A stretch of 64,000 bases of DNA from Stegostoma tigrinum (GCF_030684315.1 NC_081365.1:70488898-70552897); one strand, 5' to 3'. Positions 40,701-52,939 are shown, numbered from the stretch's first letter. Notes: generated by a model from the letters alone, not told the origin. Translations and numbers: made by a program.

Positions 40701-41237
40701 ATCACCACACACTCCTAAGCACGTTACAGTCAATGGAATAATTTCAAAGTGTTGTAACACAGGCACTCTGCTTGGACAATAGCTGGCAAACAGCACAGAC
40801 CCAGGGTAATATGACTGAAAAGTCTCGGCTCTCAGTACATGCCCTCCCCCCAAAACTGACGGGGAGTGGTCCCAATGGTGGTTCAGGTGGCGATGAGTCT
40901 CCAGAGGGAAGAGTGATTCACATCACACATTTAATGCCAGTGATCTAATGAAAGGTCATCGATCTGAAACCTTCCCTCCGTTTCTCTTTCCATCGCTGCC
41001 TCCCTTACTGGGGAAGGTTTGCTGACCTGAGATTGGGTCCAGAGGTCAGTTGTGGAAAATGGAAACACCTCGTTGACTGGTTCTTTGGTGGAGCGGAGAG
41101 GGCGACATCACCAAGCAGGATCTCCATTCGAATGGTGATCCATGCATAGGGAAAGCTCAGCACCGTGACCGGGTAGAAGCATATCCCTTGCCTGAGCAAG
41201 CATTAAATGGAAAGCAACTTCTTTACAATAAATTCAT

Positions 41238-41635
41238 ACAATCATAGAGATGGATCACGGAAGCAGACCCTTTGGTGCAACTTGCCCATGCCAACCAGAT
41301 TCCTAAATAAATCTCATCCCATTTGGCCCATATCCCTCTAAACCCTTCCTGTTCATATACCCATTCTGCATGTAAAAGTTGCCCCTTAGATCCCTTTTAA
41401 ATCTTTCACCTCTCACCTTAAACCTGTGCCCTCTAGTTTTAAACTTCCTCCACCCCAGGGAAAACACCTCGTCTATTTACCCTACCCATGCCCCTCATGA
41501 TTGTATAAACCTCCCTAAGGTCACCCCTCAGCCGCTGACCCTCCAGGGAAAGTAGCCCCGGCCTAGTCATCCTCTCCCTAAAGCTCAAACTTTCCAAACC
41601 CCAACAATGTCTTTGTAAATCTTTTCTGAACCCAG
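41238..41635 (-). mobile_element. CR1 3' fragment
   Basis: ORF 41439-41639 GLESLSFRERMTRPGLLSLEGQRLRGDLREVY. Confidence 0.85.
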
Positions 41636-41735
41636 GCAAAAATATAGTAAGGGTTGTGCTTGTATTGAGCTAACAAATGCCTCACAACGAACCTGCATTT
41701 CATTGGCACAGTCAAAAGGAAGCAAAGTGGAGATG

Positions 41736-41772
41736 GTGGTGGGGGGGGGGGGGGGGGGGGGGCGGGGGGGGG
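41736..41772. repeat. Poly-G tract (another at about 37401-37428)
   Basis: Directly visible. Confidence 0.9.
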
Positions 41773-43169
41773 AACCTCAGAGCCATCTCTTTGTTTTCCC
41801 ATGCACCAGGCCTGTGCTTTGCTCGGGCACATGGCAGAAATATTGCCCCTGCCAGCTAAATGCAATGAATGGGTCATAAAGGGATTTTCAATTGAAAGGA
41901 ACTCGTAACATTTGCACCTGGGAATAGGTCGGAGCAGAATGGATCAAAGCCATGTCAATCACTGAAAGAGGAAGGCAACCAGACAATGACACTGACTATC
42001 ATCCATTTACAGCTCAGAGCTGTCGGCAACAAAGAATCCAGAAGGTGCTCTTCACCATGCATTATTCAAGCTGGGTTTTTTAAAAAAAATTGACACGAAA
42101 TCCTCAAGAGTCATGAAATAGAATTCAGTGAGGAATAAAGCTGTAAAATCACCCAGATTCAGGAAAAGGGTGAGGGGGCTGAAGTGGTGCCCATTAGAAT
42201 CAATTTACTTTCTGCAGTGGAACTGAAGCAGGTTGACTTGTTTCCTGGTTGATGCACAGAGACAGAGAGAGAGAGGGAGGGAGGGAGGGAGGGGTGGTGG
42301 GGGGGAAGAGACAGAGAGAAGGAGAGAATCTGTTCCGACTGTTAGGGAGAGGCTGGAATCAATGTTGCTGTTTGTATTCCTGGGTGAGGCATTGGGGTGG
42401 AGCATGCACCAGACAACCTGCTCAGGATCACTAACCAGCGACTGCTACTCTGTAACTCACTTGTGGCCAGCCAGGCTCAATTTTGGTGTCCCCTGGTCTG
42501 ACACCGACAATTACCACCAGCACCCCTCACCATCGCATAGAGAAGTTTACCTTTCAACCTCTCAAGCCTGCACTTTCACATAATCAGCTTGAGAGTGCTC
42601 CGACTGCCCCAAGCCAGCTCTATAACGAGGAGGTGGAGGAGTTGCAATTGCTGTACACTGTAAAATCCCAAGAATTGAAAGGAGTCGATGAGCTATTTGA
42701 TTTTGGCATTGTTCCAGTGTCTCACAGACACCCAGTCTCAGTGCATCCAACAAGATGCAAGACGCACCAGTCCATGACTCACGACTCAGGAGCTCCAGGG
42801 AACCTGAGTCAGAGATTTCGACTCCAGAGTCTGTAACTTAAACACCCACCATACAATAGGATCAATTTCGTGCTGCAGCCAGATCCCCCGTAACCCTTGA
42901 TTCATAGTGTGCCTGCACTCTGAGTGATCCCATCTCAGTCCCAATGGCCGATTCCTTATCCCGAGTTACTGTGTGCCGGGGTGTGTGAAGAGAAGGCAGC
43001 CACTGAAACATCTGGAATGGAGGTTGGCACAGGATTTTGACCCAGTGATGGCAGGGGAACAGGGAGAAATATCCATGGCAGGATGGCATGCAACTTGGAG
43101 GGCAACTCGCATGTGGTGCCATAATGCTATTTAGAGGCTTCCTCTGTTGAGGCGGTGGAACCTGCTCAC

Positions 43170-43995
43170 AGGATCATGATGGGGCAGGAGTAGGCCATTC
43201 AGCCCATCATGTCTCCTGGGCACTTTGATTTAGTGTTAAATATGCTCCCTTTCCCCACAGCCTTGCGAAGTGTTTCCAATTAAATAATCATCTAACACCC
43301 TCTTGAATTGAACCTGCCTCCATCACACTGCCAGACTCTAACCACAATTTCTTTGGTCACCTCACATTTGTTTCTTTTGCTAACACTTTAAACCCGTGCC
43401 CTCTGGGTCTTAACCCTTTTGCGAGCAGGAACAATTTCACCCTACCCAATCTGTCTAGACACCTCATGATTTGAAAACTCCAATTAAAGCTCCTCTTAGT
43501 CTTCTTTCTTTCATGGACATCAGTCCCAACTTCTCTAATTTCTCCTCATAACTGAAACATCTCATCTTTGGAACCATTCCTGTAAGCCTCTTCTGCATTT
43601 TCTCTGATGCGTTCACATCCTTCCTGCATTGTGGATCCCAGTACCATACACAGTACTTCAAATGAGGTCTAATAAAGGATTTTTTTTTAAGTTCTTCATA
43701 ACTTCCCTGCCTCCTGCACTCTGTGCCCCTGTAAATGCAGCATAGAATACTGTATGCTTTATTAACAACTCTTTCTCCACTTATGCTGCCTCCTTTAATG
43801 ATTTATATGTATGTACAACTAGGTTTCTCCATTTTCCCCACACCTTTAAGAATAGTGTCTCTATTTTCTACAGTCCCTCCATGTTCTTTGTACTGAAGTG
43901 TATCACTTCACAATTCGCTGCATTGAACTTCATCCACCAAATCCAACTTGCCAGCGTCCTTTTGAAGTTCTACACCGTCCTCCTCACAGTTTACA
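43170..43995 (-). mobile_element. CR1 LINE fragment
   Basis: ORF 43464-43661 YCVWYWDPQCRKDVNASEKMQKRLTGMVP...RLRGALIGVFK. Confidence 0.85.
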
Positions 43996-44384
43996 GTTTT
44001 CCACCATCATCCTCAAGTTCACACTACAATGACGACAGTAAATCTACAATATAGCACAAACAACCTTTCCCTGTCATCTGAAGCTTCAACCTGAACATGG
44101 TGGCTCAAAAAGTAGGAACCCCTTCATTGTGTCACAAGACTTAAAGAACCCAACTCCTTTTTTTTAAAAATGAAAAACAGATCGCCTCAGGGTTAACCAC
44201 TCAGTTACAAACACTTCAAAACCCAGCTCTTAACTACAAAGTCCAATAACTATCAACAGCTGTCAATCAATTCTGAAGCTGTTCAGGTTGATCCTTAAAA
44301 GGGACATGTATTACAAACACTGACTATTTGATTGATTTGGCCGACCTCATTCCAAAAGGATCTTCATTCTCATTAAACTGGACA

Positions 44385-45165
44385 TTTTCTTCTTATTGCA
44401 AAAATATACTTTCTTCATAAAAATATAAAGTACATACAAAAGTTCCAAAAACAGTTCTGTACAGATTTTGCACAGAGAACAACAATACTTCAGAATTTCA
44501 CATTACTCACAGTTTCCATGCAGTTGCAAAACAAAGCCATTTTCTACTCACGAAAGGAAAAGTATTTACATTCCTTTTAAGGCAACAAGGGGGCTTCCGA
44601 CCTTTACAGACACTTTGGTAGAAAGACCTCAGACAGTGGTCTTTCCCCACTGTACCTTGGCGACAGCTGCCCCAAGCTGCAGTGCGTCCCTCAGCATGTA
44701 GTCCTGGAGTTTGGAATTTGCCAGTCTGTAGCACTCGATCAAGGTCAACTCTTTACACTGGAAGACCAACAGGATTCGGGTAGACCAAAGAACATCTTTC
44801 ACCGAGTTGATGGTCCTCCAGGCTCAGTTGATGTTTGTCTCAGCGTGTGTCTCGGGGAGCAGGCCATACAGCCCAGACTCCACTGTCACTGAAGTGCTCG
44901 TGATGAACCTCAACAAAAAACACTGCATCTCTCTCCAGAGATAATGGGAACTGCAGATGCTCGAGAATCCAAGATAACAAAGTGTGGGGCTGGATGAACA
45001 CAGCAGGCTGCTTGGCCTGCTGTGTTCATCCAGCCTCACACTGTGGCATCTCTCTCTAGACCTTCTTTGCAATGGCACATTCCAGAAGGAGATGTGGTAC
45101 AGTCCCTTCGCCAGTGCAGCCACTTTGAGGGCAGGGAGCGGTGGCACACGGAGTCTGGGCGTACA
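44385..45165 (-). mobile_element. Tx1/L1-clade LINE 3' end
   Basis: Minus-strand translation CPQSGCTGEGTVPHLLLEC (zinc knuckle) ... LRDALQLGAAVAKVQWGKTTV*, followed by an AT-rich 3'UTR. Confidence 0.75.
44936..45045 (-). mobile_element. Fold-back PLE mini element, family A (110 bp), inserted in the Tx1 element
   Basis: TSD gcatctctctc at 44925-44935 and 45046-45056; inverted ctggatgaacacagcagg arms. Confidence 0.88.
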
Positions 45166-45302
45166 TAAAGGATCTGATAATACTTCTGAACACAAACTAT
45201 GAGTGTCTGCTCTTCCCTGTTCCCTTTACCCTATCACATGAGGAATTAAAGTCTTCTGTTGTTAATAGCCTGTGCTATTTATACCTGTGTAATGTCCTTA
45301 CA

Positions 45303-45630
45303 GAATTAGAGTCATACAGTCATAAAGCACAGAAACAGGCCTTTCAGTCCAACTCATCCATGCTGACCAGACATCCTCAATTAATCTAGTCCCATTTGCC
45401 AGAATTTAGCCCATACCCCCCTAAACTCTTCCTATTTCATATACCCATCCAGATGCCTTTTAAATGTTGTAATTGTGCCAGCCCCCACCACTTCCTTTGG
45501 CAGCTCATTCCATACACGCACCATGCTCTGTGAGACAAAACTACCCCTTAGGTCCCTCTTAAATCTTTCCCCACTCACCTTAAACCTATGCGCTCGAGTT
45601 TTGAACTCCCTACCCAGGGAATAAGACCAT
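45303..45630 (-). mobile_element. CR1 3' fragment
   Basis: cacagaaacaggcctttcagtccaactc...taaatctttcccc...ccttaaacctatg. Confidence 0.85.
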
Positions 45631-45699
45631 TAATCTCAGTGTATTTCAGTCAGAGTTGTATTATATTCTCTGGTCTACTTGCCTAAAGCACTATAATAT

Positions 45700-45925
45700 G
45701 GAACAAAAACAGAAATTGCTGGAAAAGCTCAGCAAGTCTGGCAGCGTCTATGTGGGAAAAATCAGAGTTAACGTTTTGGGTCCGGTGACCCTTCCTTAGA
45801 ACATTTGACGAAGCGTTAACTCTGACTTTTTTTCTTCACAGATGCTGCCAGATGCGCTGAGCTTTTCCAGCAACTTCTGTTTTTCTTTCTGATTTACAGC
45901 ATCCACAGTTCTTTTGTTTTTTATT
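45700..45925 (+). mobile_element. Fold-back PLE mini element, family B
   Basis: Inverted arms; decayed antisense HHR at 45767-45802; short TSD-like cactata on both sides. Confidence 0.82.
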
Positions 45926-46497
45926 CACTATATAATAGAAATGTGGCAGCCAATTTGCATATAGCAAGGTCCTCCACAAGCAAAGACACTAATAACATTA
46001 ATCCATGTAAAGCATCAGAGATAAGATAAATATTGACCAAAATAATAGGGAAAACTCTGTTCTGTGAATATAGGACAATGGGATGTATTATGCCTATATG
46101 CAAAGGCAGATGGGACTTCTGTTTAATGCATCATCTGAGAGAACTCCAAGAGTGCAGCACTCCCTCGTCATGCACTACATGCCTGGACTGTGCACTCTGG
46201 ACTGGGGCTATATATTCCCATTATGAAACACATTAGGCAAGCCTAGGTTCAAAGACACAGTCACATAGGAGTATTCAAAGGAGGCATAAAAGGGCAATTA
46301 GGAAGGGGAGATGGCCATTCAGCCCCTTGAGCCTGTTCTGTGATCCTGCGAACCATGGCCATGCTGTACTTATACTGTATCTAACGAAGAACCATCACTG
46401 TCAATCCCAGCATCTCACCCACAGTGTTTGAGAGTAACACAGAGGGCCACGGTTCCATGACCCTATGTGCGAGAAAAAAAATCTTGCTGATTTTCAA

Positions 46498-46688
46498 TAG
46501 ATAACAAGGTGTAGAGCTGGATGAACACTGCAGAACAAGCAGCAGAGGAGCAGGAAAGCTGACGTTTCAGGCCTGGAGCCGCCTTCTTCAGCTCTCCTGC
46601 TCCTCCGATGCTGCTTGGCCTGCAGTGTTCACCCAGCTCTACACCTTGTTATCTCAGATTCTCCAGCATCAACCGTTCTGACCATCTC
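46498..46688 (+). mobile_element. Fold-back PLE mini element, family A
   Basis: Inverted arms; TSD tgctgatttt at 46485-46494 and 46689-46698; antisense HHR core at 46557-46591. Confidence 0.85.
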
Positions 46689-47072
46689 TGCTGATTTTAC
46701 AGCTCATTCTAATTTGAAGGATAACCTTCTGCTACCAGAGGAAATAACTTCTCCATCAATTCCTCCTATAGCTCCTTTATAACATCGACAAGGCCTCAAA
46801 CTAATCACCTCTCAATCTACTTAACTCAGCGATGAGTTGAGGTTAGAAGAATTTAATTGTTTGACCACTCCCCCATTACATTAAGGGGAGTGCTTTTTGA
46901 AGCATTTACTTTAAAAGGTATCTCAAATCGATATAAGTTAGGCAACGGGCTAATGCCTCAGAATCTGGGCTTGGTGTCAGCGATCCTGAACACGTCAGTT
47001 CAATTAATAGCCATCGAACTCCCCTCCAAACCACACTAATAGGTGTGTCCACCCCCCCACACAAAAAAAACT

Positions 47073-47136
47073 CTGCTGTAAGAGATAATAAAATGTGAGG
47101 CTGGATGAACACAGCAGGCCAAGCAGCATCTCAGGA
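47073..47136 (-). mobile_element. PLE family A single-arm fragment
   Basis: agataataaaatgtgaggctggatgaacacagcaggccaagcagcatctcagga, identical to the arm at 50707-50760. Confidence 0.85.
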
Positions 47137-48189
47137 TCCTGGGTTGAAGCAGGGGGAGGGGGGGGGGGCTGGAGAAACCACACAGGTATCCTCTCACACA
47201 AAGAGCAAACATTCGAGGGCTGGCAAATGGAACATTTGAGTCACAATTCACACACTGGCTGCCAGCTCCCGGGAGACTTTCATGCTGCTAACAAGGTTTT
47301 GTTGAACAAGCCGCATTCCTCAAACAGCGGGGAAACCTCCTCAAATCCCACCGCCTCCAATCGCCCAACACCCACCCAGCCCCCGCCCCTTACAAACTCC
47401 ATCCTTGAAAAGAATCAAACATTCCCGCACTACTTCAGCTGCTGCAGCTTCTCATGAGCAAACAACAGAAAAAGGCCCAGCGTACAACAGCCTGGAGCTG
47501 TTACTCCGTTAACAGAGCTTGGAGCCCACAGGGCTGAATTTATTTTTATTTCACCAATAAAAATTCCTTTGCTGCTGATTCTGAGCTGCTTACCCAACTC
47601 GACACAGGGACTGAGGCAGTTCAAATTTAGCAGGCATCACAAGCAACACGGAGATAATCGCGAGGTGGTAAACGTTCCCAGTCGATCGTTTTGAAACACT
47701 AAGGGCAACTATGCCCCAGGGAAAATCTGAGCATTCAGTGTGAAGGCAGATCAGCCTCTCAATAAAGAGCATTGAAATTCCGATGCCATTGGGAAACTCT
47801 CTGGATGGTTTAATATTCCCCTATAAGACCAGACACACAACATATCCCAAAACCACAACACTCCTTTCTGCACAGCAGAATCACACTGGAATTATTGTTC
47901 AACAAACCTCACCGAATTAATATTTATCTCTCTCAAGACGTTCAGTAAATGAGGAGTATCAATAAATAAATCATGATAGGAGACAACATAAACTGGCAAA
48001 AGTTCTAGCTTTTGTGCTCCTGAGATGCTGCTTGGCCTTGCTGTGTTCATCCAGCCTCACATTTTATTATCTTGGATTCTCCAGCGTCTGCAGTTCCCAT
48101 TATCTCTGATACAATTTTAACCTCACTGCGAAACCTCTTCCAGGGATGCCTAACCTGAAGAAGTTACCCTCCTCCCTCCAGAAACTAGA

Positions 48190-49030
48190 ATACATCTCCT
48201 CCCACCCACACTCCCGCAAAAATTCCAACCCCTATTCCCAATCCTCCGCCGCATCTGCTCCCACAATGAGGCATTCCACTCCCGCACATCCCAGATGTCC
48301 AAGTTCTTCAAGGACCGCAACATTCCCCCCACAGTGGTCGAGAACGCCCTTGACCGCTTCACCCGCATTTCCCGCAACACATCCCTCACACACCGCCCCC
48401 GCCACAACCGCCCAAAGAGGATCCCCCTCATTCTCACACACCACCCAACCAACCTCCAGATACAACGCATCATCCTCCGACACTTCCGCCATCTACAATC
48501 CGACCCCACCACCCAAGTCATTTTTCCAACCCCACCCTTGTCTGCTTTCCGGAGAGACCACTCTCTCCGTGACTCCCTTGCTCGCTCCACACTGCTCTCC
48601 AACCCCACCACACCCAGCACCTTCCCCTGCAACCGCAGGAAGTGCTACACTTGCCCCCACACCTCCTCCCTCACCCCCATCCCAGGCCCGAAGATGACTT
48701 TCCATATTAAGCAGAGGTTCACCTGCACATCTGCCAATGTGGTATACTATATCCATTGTACCCGGTGTGGCTTCCTCTACATTGGGGAAACCAAGCGGAA
48801 GCTTGGGGACCGCTTTGCAGAACACCTCCGCTCGGTTCGCAACAAACAACTGCACCTCCCAGTCGCGAACATTTCCACTCCCCCTCCCATTCTTTAGATG
48901 ACACGTCCATCATGGGCCTCCTGCAGTGCCACAATGATGCCACCCGAAGGTTGCAGGAACAGCAACTCATATTTCGTTTGGGAACCCTGTAGCCCAATGG
49001 TATCAACGTAGACTTCACCAGCTTCAAAAT
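48190..49030 (+). pseudogene. PLE ORF remnant: RT C-terminal/thumb region, Cys-rich linker and GIY-YIG endonuclease
   Basis: CNRRKCYTC...FTCTSANVVYYIHCTRCGFLYIGETKRKLGDRFAEHLRSV; frameshift near 48870, then HFHSPSHS..RRLQEQQLIFRLGTL*PNGINVDF with an in-frame stop. Confidence 0.88.
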
Positions 49031-49350
49031 CTCCCCTTCCCCCACCGCATCCCAAAACCAGCCCAGTTCGTCCCCTCCCCCCACTGCATCTCACAACCAG
49101 CCCAGCTTGTCTCTGCCTCCCTAACCTGTTCTTCCTCTCACCCATCCCTTCCTCCCACCCCAAGCCGCACCTCCATGTCCCACCTACTAACCTCATCCCG
49201 CCTCCTTGACCTGTCTGTCTTCCCTGGACTGACCTATCCCCTCCCTACCTCCCCACCTATACTCTCCTCTACACCTATCTTCTTTTCTCTCCATCTTCGG
49301 TCCCCCTCCCCTTCTCTCCCTTTTTATTCCAGAACTCTCACCCCATCCCC

Positions 49351-49385
49351 CTCTCTGATGAAGGGTCTAGGCTGAAAACGTCAGC
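49351..49385 (+). ncRNA. Minimal hammerhead ribozyme (family A, helix II mutated)
   Basis: ctct-ctgatga-agggtctaggct-gaaaacgtc|agc. Confidence 0.55.
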
Positions 49386-50767
49386 TTTTGTGCTTCTGAG
49401 ATGCTGCTTGGCCTGCTGTGTTCATCCAGCTCCACATTTTATTATCAAAGTACTGGAAAGAATTGGTTTCAGCATGCATTGCCCAATTTGGCTGGACCAC
49501 ATCAAGATACATAGAACATAGACCAGTACAGCACAGTGCGGGCCCTTCAGCCCAGGATGTTGTACCGAAATTTTACGCTAAACCTAAGATCTATCTAACC
49601 TCCACTGCTATCTTATACTAGCATCCACATGCCTATCTAACTGCTGCTTAAATTCCCCTATTGAGGCTGACACCACTACCCTCTCTGGCAATGCATTCCA
49701 CACCCCGACCACTCTCTGAGTAAAGAACCTACCTCTGACGTCTCCCCTATATCTATCTTTACTCACTTTAAAACTATGCCCCCTCGTAATAGCTACCTCC
49801 ACCCCAGGAAAAAGTCTCCACTCTATCTATTCCTCTGATCATTTTGTACACCTCTATCAAGTCACCTCTCTTCCTTCGTCGTTCTAAAGAGAAAAGCCCT
49901 ATATCCCTCAACTTTTCCTCGTAAGACCTTCCCTCCATTCCAGGCAACATCCTGGTATATCTCCTCTGCACCTTTTCCAGTGCTTCCACATCTTTCCTGT
50001 AATGAGGCGACCAGAACTGGACACAATACTCCAGATGTGGCCAACCCAGGGTTTTGTATAGCTGGAGCATAACTTCATGGCTCTTGAACTCAATCCCTCT
50101 ATTAATGAAAGCTAACACACCATATGCCTTCTTAACAACTCCACCTACCTGGGTGGCAGCTTTCAGGGAACTGTGGACATGAACCCCGAGATCCCGCTGC
50201 TCCTCCATACCACCAAAGGATCTTTCCATTAACCCTGTATTCTGCTTTCAAGTTTGTCCTTCCAAAATGAATCACCTGACACTTTTCAGGGTTAAACTCC
50301 ATCTGCCACTTCTCAGCCCAGCTCTGCATCCTATCAATGTCCCTTTGTAACCTAGAACAGCCCTCTCAACTGTCCACAACACGACCCACCTTTGTATCGT
50401 CCGCGAACTTGCTAATCCACCCTTTCACTCCTACATCCAAATCATTTACAAAAATGACAAATAGAAGAGGACCTAGAACAGATCCTTGTGGTACACCACA
50501 TGTAACTGAGCACCACGTTGAATATTTTCCATCTACTACCACCCTTTATCTTCTAAGGGTCAGCCAATTCTGAATCCAATCTGCTACATTTCCTCCTATC
50601 CCATGCCTCCTTACCTTCTGCATGAGCCTACCATGGGAAACCTAATCAAACACCTTACTTAAATAGTATCAGAGATAATGGGAACTGCAGATGCTGGAGA
50701 ATTCCAAGATAATAAAATGTGAGGCTGGATGAACACAGCAGGCCAAGCAGCATCTCAGGAGCACAAA

Positions 50768-50803
50768 AGCTGACGTTTCGGGCCTAGACCCTTCATCAGA
50801 GAG
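50768..50803 (-). ncRNA. Minimal type-I hammerhead ribozyme (family A), opposite-strand copy
   Basis: Exact reverse complement of 50805-50840. Confidence 0.72.
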
Positions 50804-50804
50804 G

Positions 50805-50840
50805 CTCTCTGATGAAGGGTCTAGGCCCGAAACGTCAGCT
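50805..50840 (+). ncRNA. Minimal type-I hammerhead ribozyme (family A)
   Basis: ctct-CTGATGA-A-GGGTCTAGGCCC-GAAA-CGTC|AGCT; predicted cut after 50836. Confidence 0.72.
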
Positions 50841-52939
50841 TTTGTGCTCCTGAGATGCTGCTTGGCCTGCTGTGTTCATCCAGCCTCACATTTTATTACC
50901 TTACTTAAATACACATATACCACATCCACCGCTTTACCTTCATTCACGTGTTTGGTCATCTCTTCAAAGAATTCAAGAAAGGTTTGTGAGCCATGATCTA
51001 CCCCTCACAAATCCATGCTGACTATCACGAAGCAAGCAGTGCCTTTCCAAGTGATCATTATTCATATCTCTCAGGGCCCTTTCCAAGAATTTGTCCACCA
51101 CTGGCATAAGGCTAACTGGCCTGTAATTTCCGGGGTTTTCCCTATTTCCTTCTTTGAACAAGGGAATGACGTTTGCCTCTCTCCAATCTTCCAGCACCAT
51201 ACTCGTGGACAGTGAAGACAAAAAGATCGTTGCCAAAGGCCCTGTGATCTCTTCCCTCATTTCCTATAGAATCCTTGGATAAATCCCATCAGGACCAGGG
51301 CACTTACTTTTCTTCAACTTCTGCAAAATTCCTAGCACATCTTCCTTACTAACATCCACCTCCTCTAGTCTACGACCCTGTTTCACACTGTCTTCCTCTA
51401 CAACTAGATCCTTCTCAGTTGTGAATACCAAAGAAAAGTGTTCATTAAGGGCCTCTCCTATCTCTTTAGGCACTGTGCACAAATTCCCTTTACAATCCTT
51501 GATCGGCCCTACCCTTTCTCTGGTCATTCTCTTATTCCTCGTGTACGTGTAAAAAGGATCAAAGAAAACTCCAAGGCTATCCGAGGTTTCTCATGTCCCC
51601 TTATAGCTCTCTTAAGCCCTTTCTTCAGCTCCTTCCTGGATAACTTGTATCCCTCTCGAGCCTTTTCCATTCCTTGTTTCCCACACCTTATATAGCCTTC
51701 CTTCTTCAACCTAACCAGTGGTTTAACCTCTCGAGGACCAAGGCTCCCTCACTCGACCGCATCTTCCCTGCCTGCTAGGGTCAAACATATCGAGCACATG
51801 TGGTATGCATTCCTTAAACAATCTCCACATTTCAATAGTGTTCTTCCCTGACATCATCTGTTCCCTTTTTATGTTATCCAGTTCTTACCTAACAGAATTA
51901 TAATTACCCTTCCCTCAATTATAAACCCTACCCTGCTGTATGTACCTATCCTTTTCCATGACTATTGTAAAAGTAACAGTTATGATCGCTACCACTGAAA
52001 TGCTCTCCTACCAACAGGTCTGACACTTGGCTCGGTTCATTGCCAAGCACCAAATCCAAAGTGGCCTCTCTCGTGTTGGTCTATCTACATACTGTCAGGA
52101 ATTCTTCCTGAATGCACTGGAAAAAATCCACTCCATCTTAACAATTACAACTAAAATGTTTCCAATCAATATTTGGAAAGTTGACGTCACCCATGACCAC
52201 AACCCTGTGACTTCTGCACCTTTCCAGTATCTGCCTCCCAATCCGCTCCTCCAATTCTCTGCAACTATTAGGGGGTCTGTAAAAAACCCGCAACAAAGTG
52301 ACTGCTCCTTGTTCCTGACGTCAACCCAAACTGAATCTGTAGACATGTCATTCTCGAGCTACCTTTCAGTAGCTGCTATAAATAGCCCTGATTAGCAATG
52401 CCACTCCCCCACCTCTTTTTCCATGCTCCCCATTTCTTTTAAAGCATCTAAATCCCGGAACTTCCACAACCATTCCACTCCCGGAGTTGCCCAAGTTTCT
52501 GTAAAGGCCACAACATCGTAGTTCCAAGTACCCACCCATAAGTTCGTCCATATTTCGGTTACTTCAAGCATTGAAGTATCTGCAACTCAAACCATCTTTG
52601 CGTCCAACTCAACTGCTTTCCTTCGATAAAAGTGTATCTAGTTAATCTGGAGCCCCCAGTTTCCTTTCTTCATTACCGCTCACCTCGTCCAACCACTCTC
52701 CCTCACTCCCTCCATTCCCACCCCGAACAAAGTGATCACAGAATTCTTTCTCCCTGATCTTGAGAGGGGTGTTCAGCTTCGTCTGTCACATCCCATTCTT
52801 TTCCCTTGGTCTATTCAGCCAAAACTATTTCCTACTGTCTTTATCTTGTCTTTGCATCTGCTTCTGGTTTCTCGCCTATCTTGTTCAATTCATGCCTTGC
52901 CTGATCTAAGTTTTCCCTTTGAGATGAACCTGGGATTAT

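Larger units (their letters stand above)
48007..49446 (+). mobile_element. Internally deleted Penelope-like element (family A) with direct terminal repeats (pseudo-LTRs)
   Basis: 48007-48071 is repeated at 49383-49446; contains the end of the RT region plus GIY-YIG coding sequence; HHR at 49351-49385. Confidence 0.9.
50666..50897. mobile_element. Perfect fold-back PLE mini element, family A, inserted in the CR1
   Basis: 94-bp perfect arms (50710-50803 and 50805-50898) with a 1-nt centre; 14-bp TSD accttacttaaata at 50652-50665 and 50898-50911. Confidence 0.95.
49509..52590 (-). mobile_element. Long CR1 LINE (APE endonuclease + RT + 3' tail), frameshifted
   Basis: ORF pieces KRGGGVALLI, GPDGIYPRIL, WREANVIPLFK..NPGNYRPVSL, SQHGFVRGRS, WAEKWQMEFNPEKC, HLEYCVQFWSPHY; ttctatg tail. 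Confidence 0.93.

Noticed and set aside
42615-42720. LYNEEV motif reminiscent of kinesin motor domains
   Set aside because: Following residues do not continue the kinesin pattern and the splice acceptor context is poor.
47594-47820. Possible minus-strand exon (tag|GGG...TGG|gtaagc, one frame open for 227 nt)
   Set aside because: The peptide resembles no protein I recognise, the acceptor pyrimidine tract is weak and no partner exons were found; needs RNA-seq.
48295-48897. 200-aa GIY-YIG ORF as a domesticated host gene
   Set aside because: It sits within a PLE with pLTRs, and has a frameshift plus a downstream in-frame stop relative to the expected C-terminus.
47992-49464. TSD around the direct-repeat PLE (actggcaaaagtt / actggaaagaatt)
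   Set aside because: Only 10/13 identical and offset from the element ends; not convincing.
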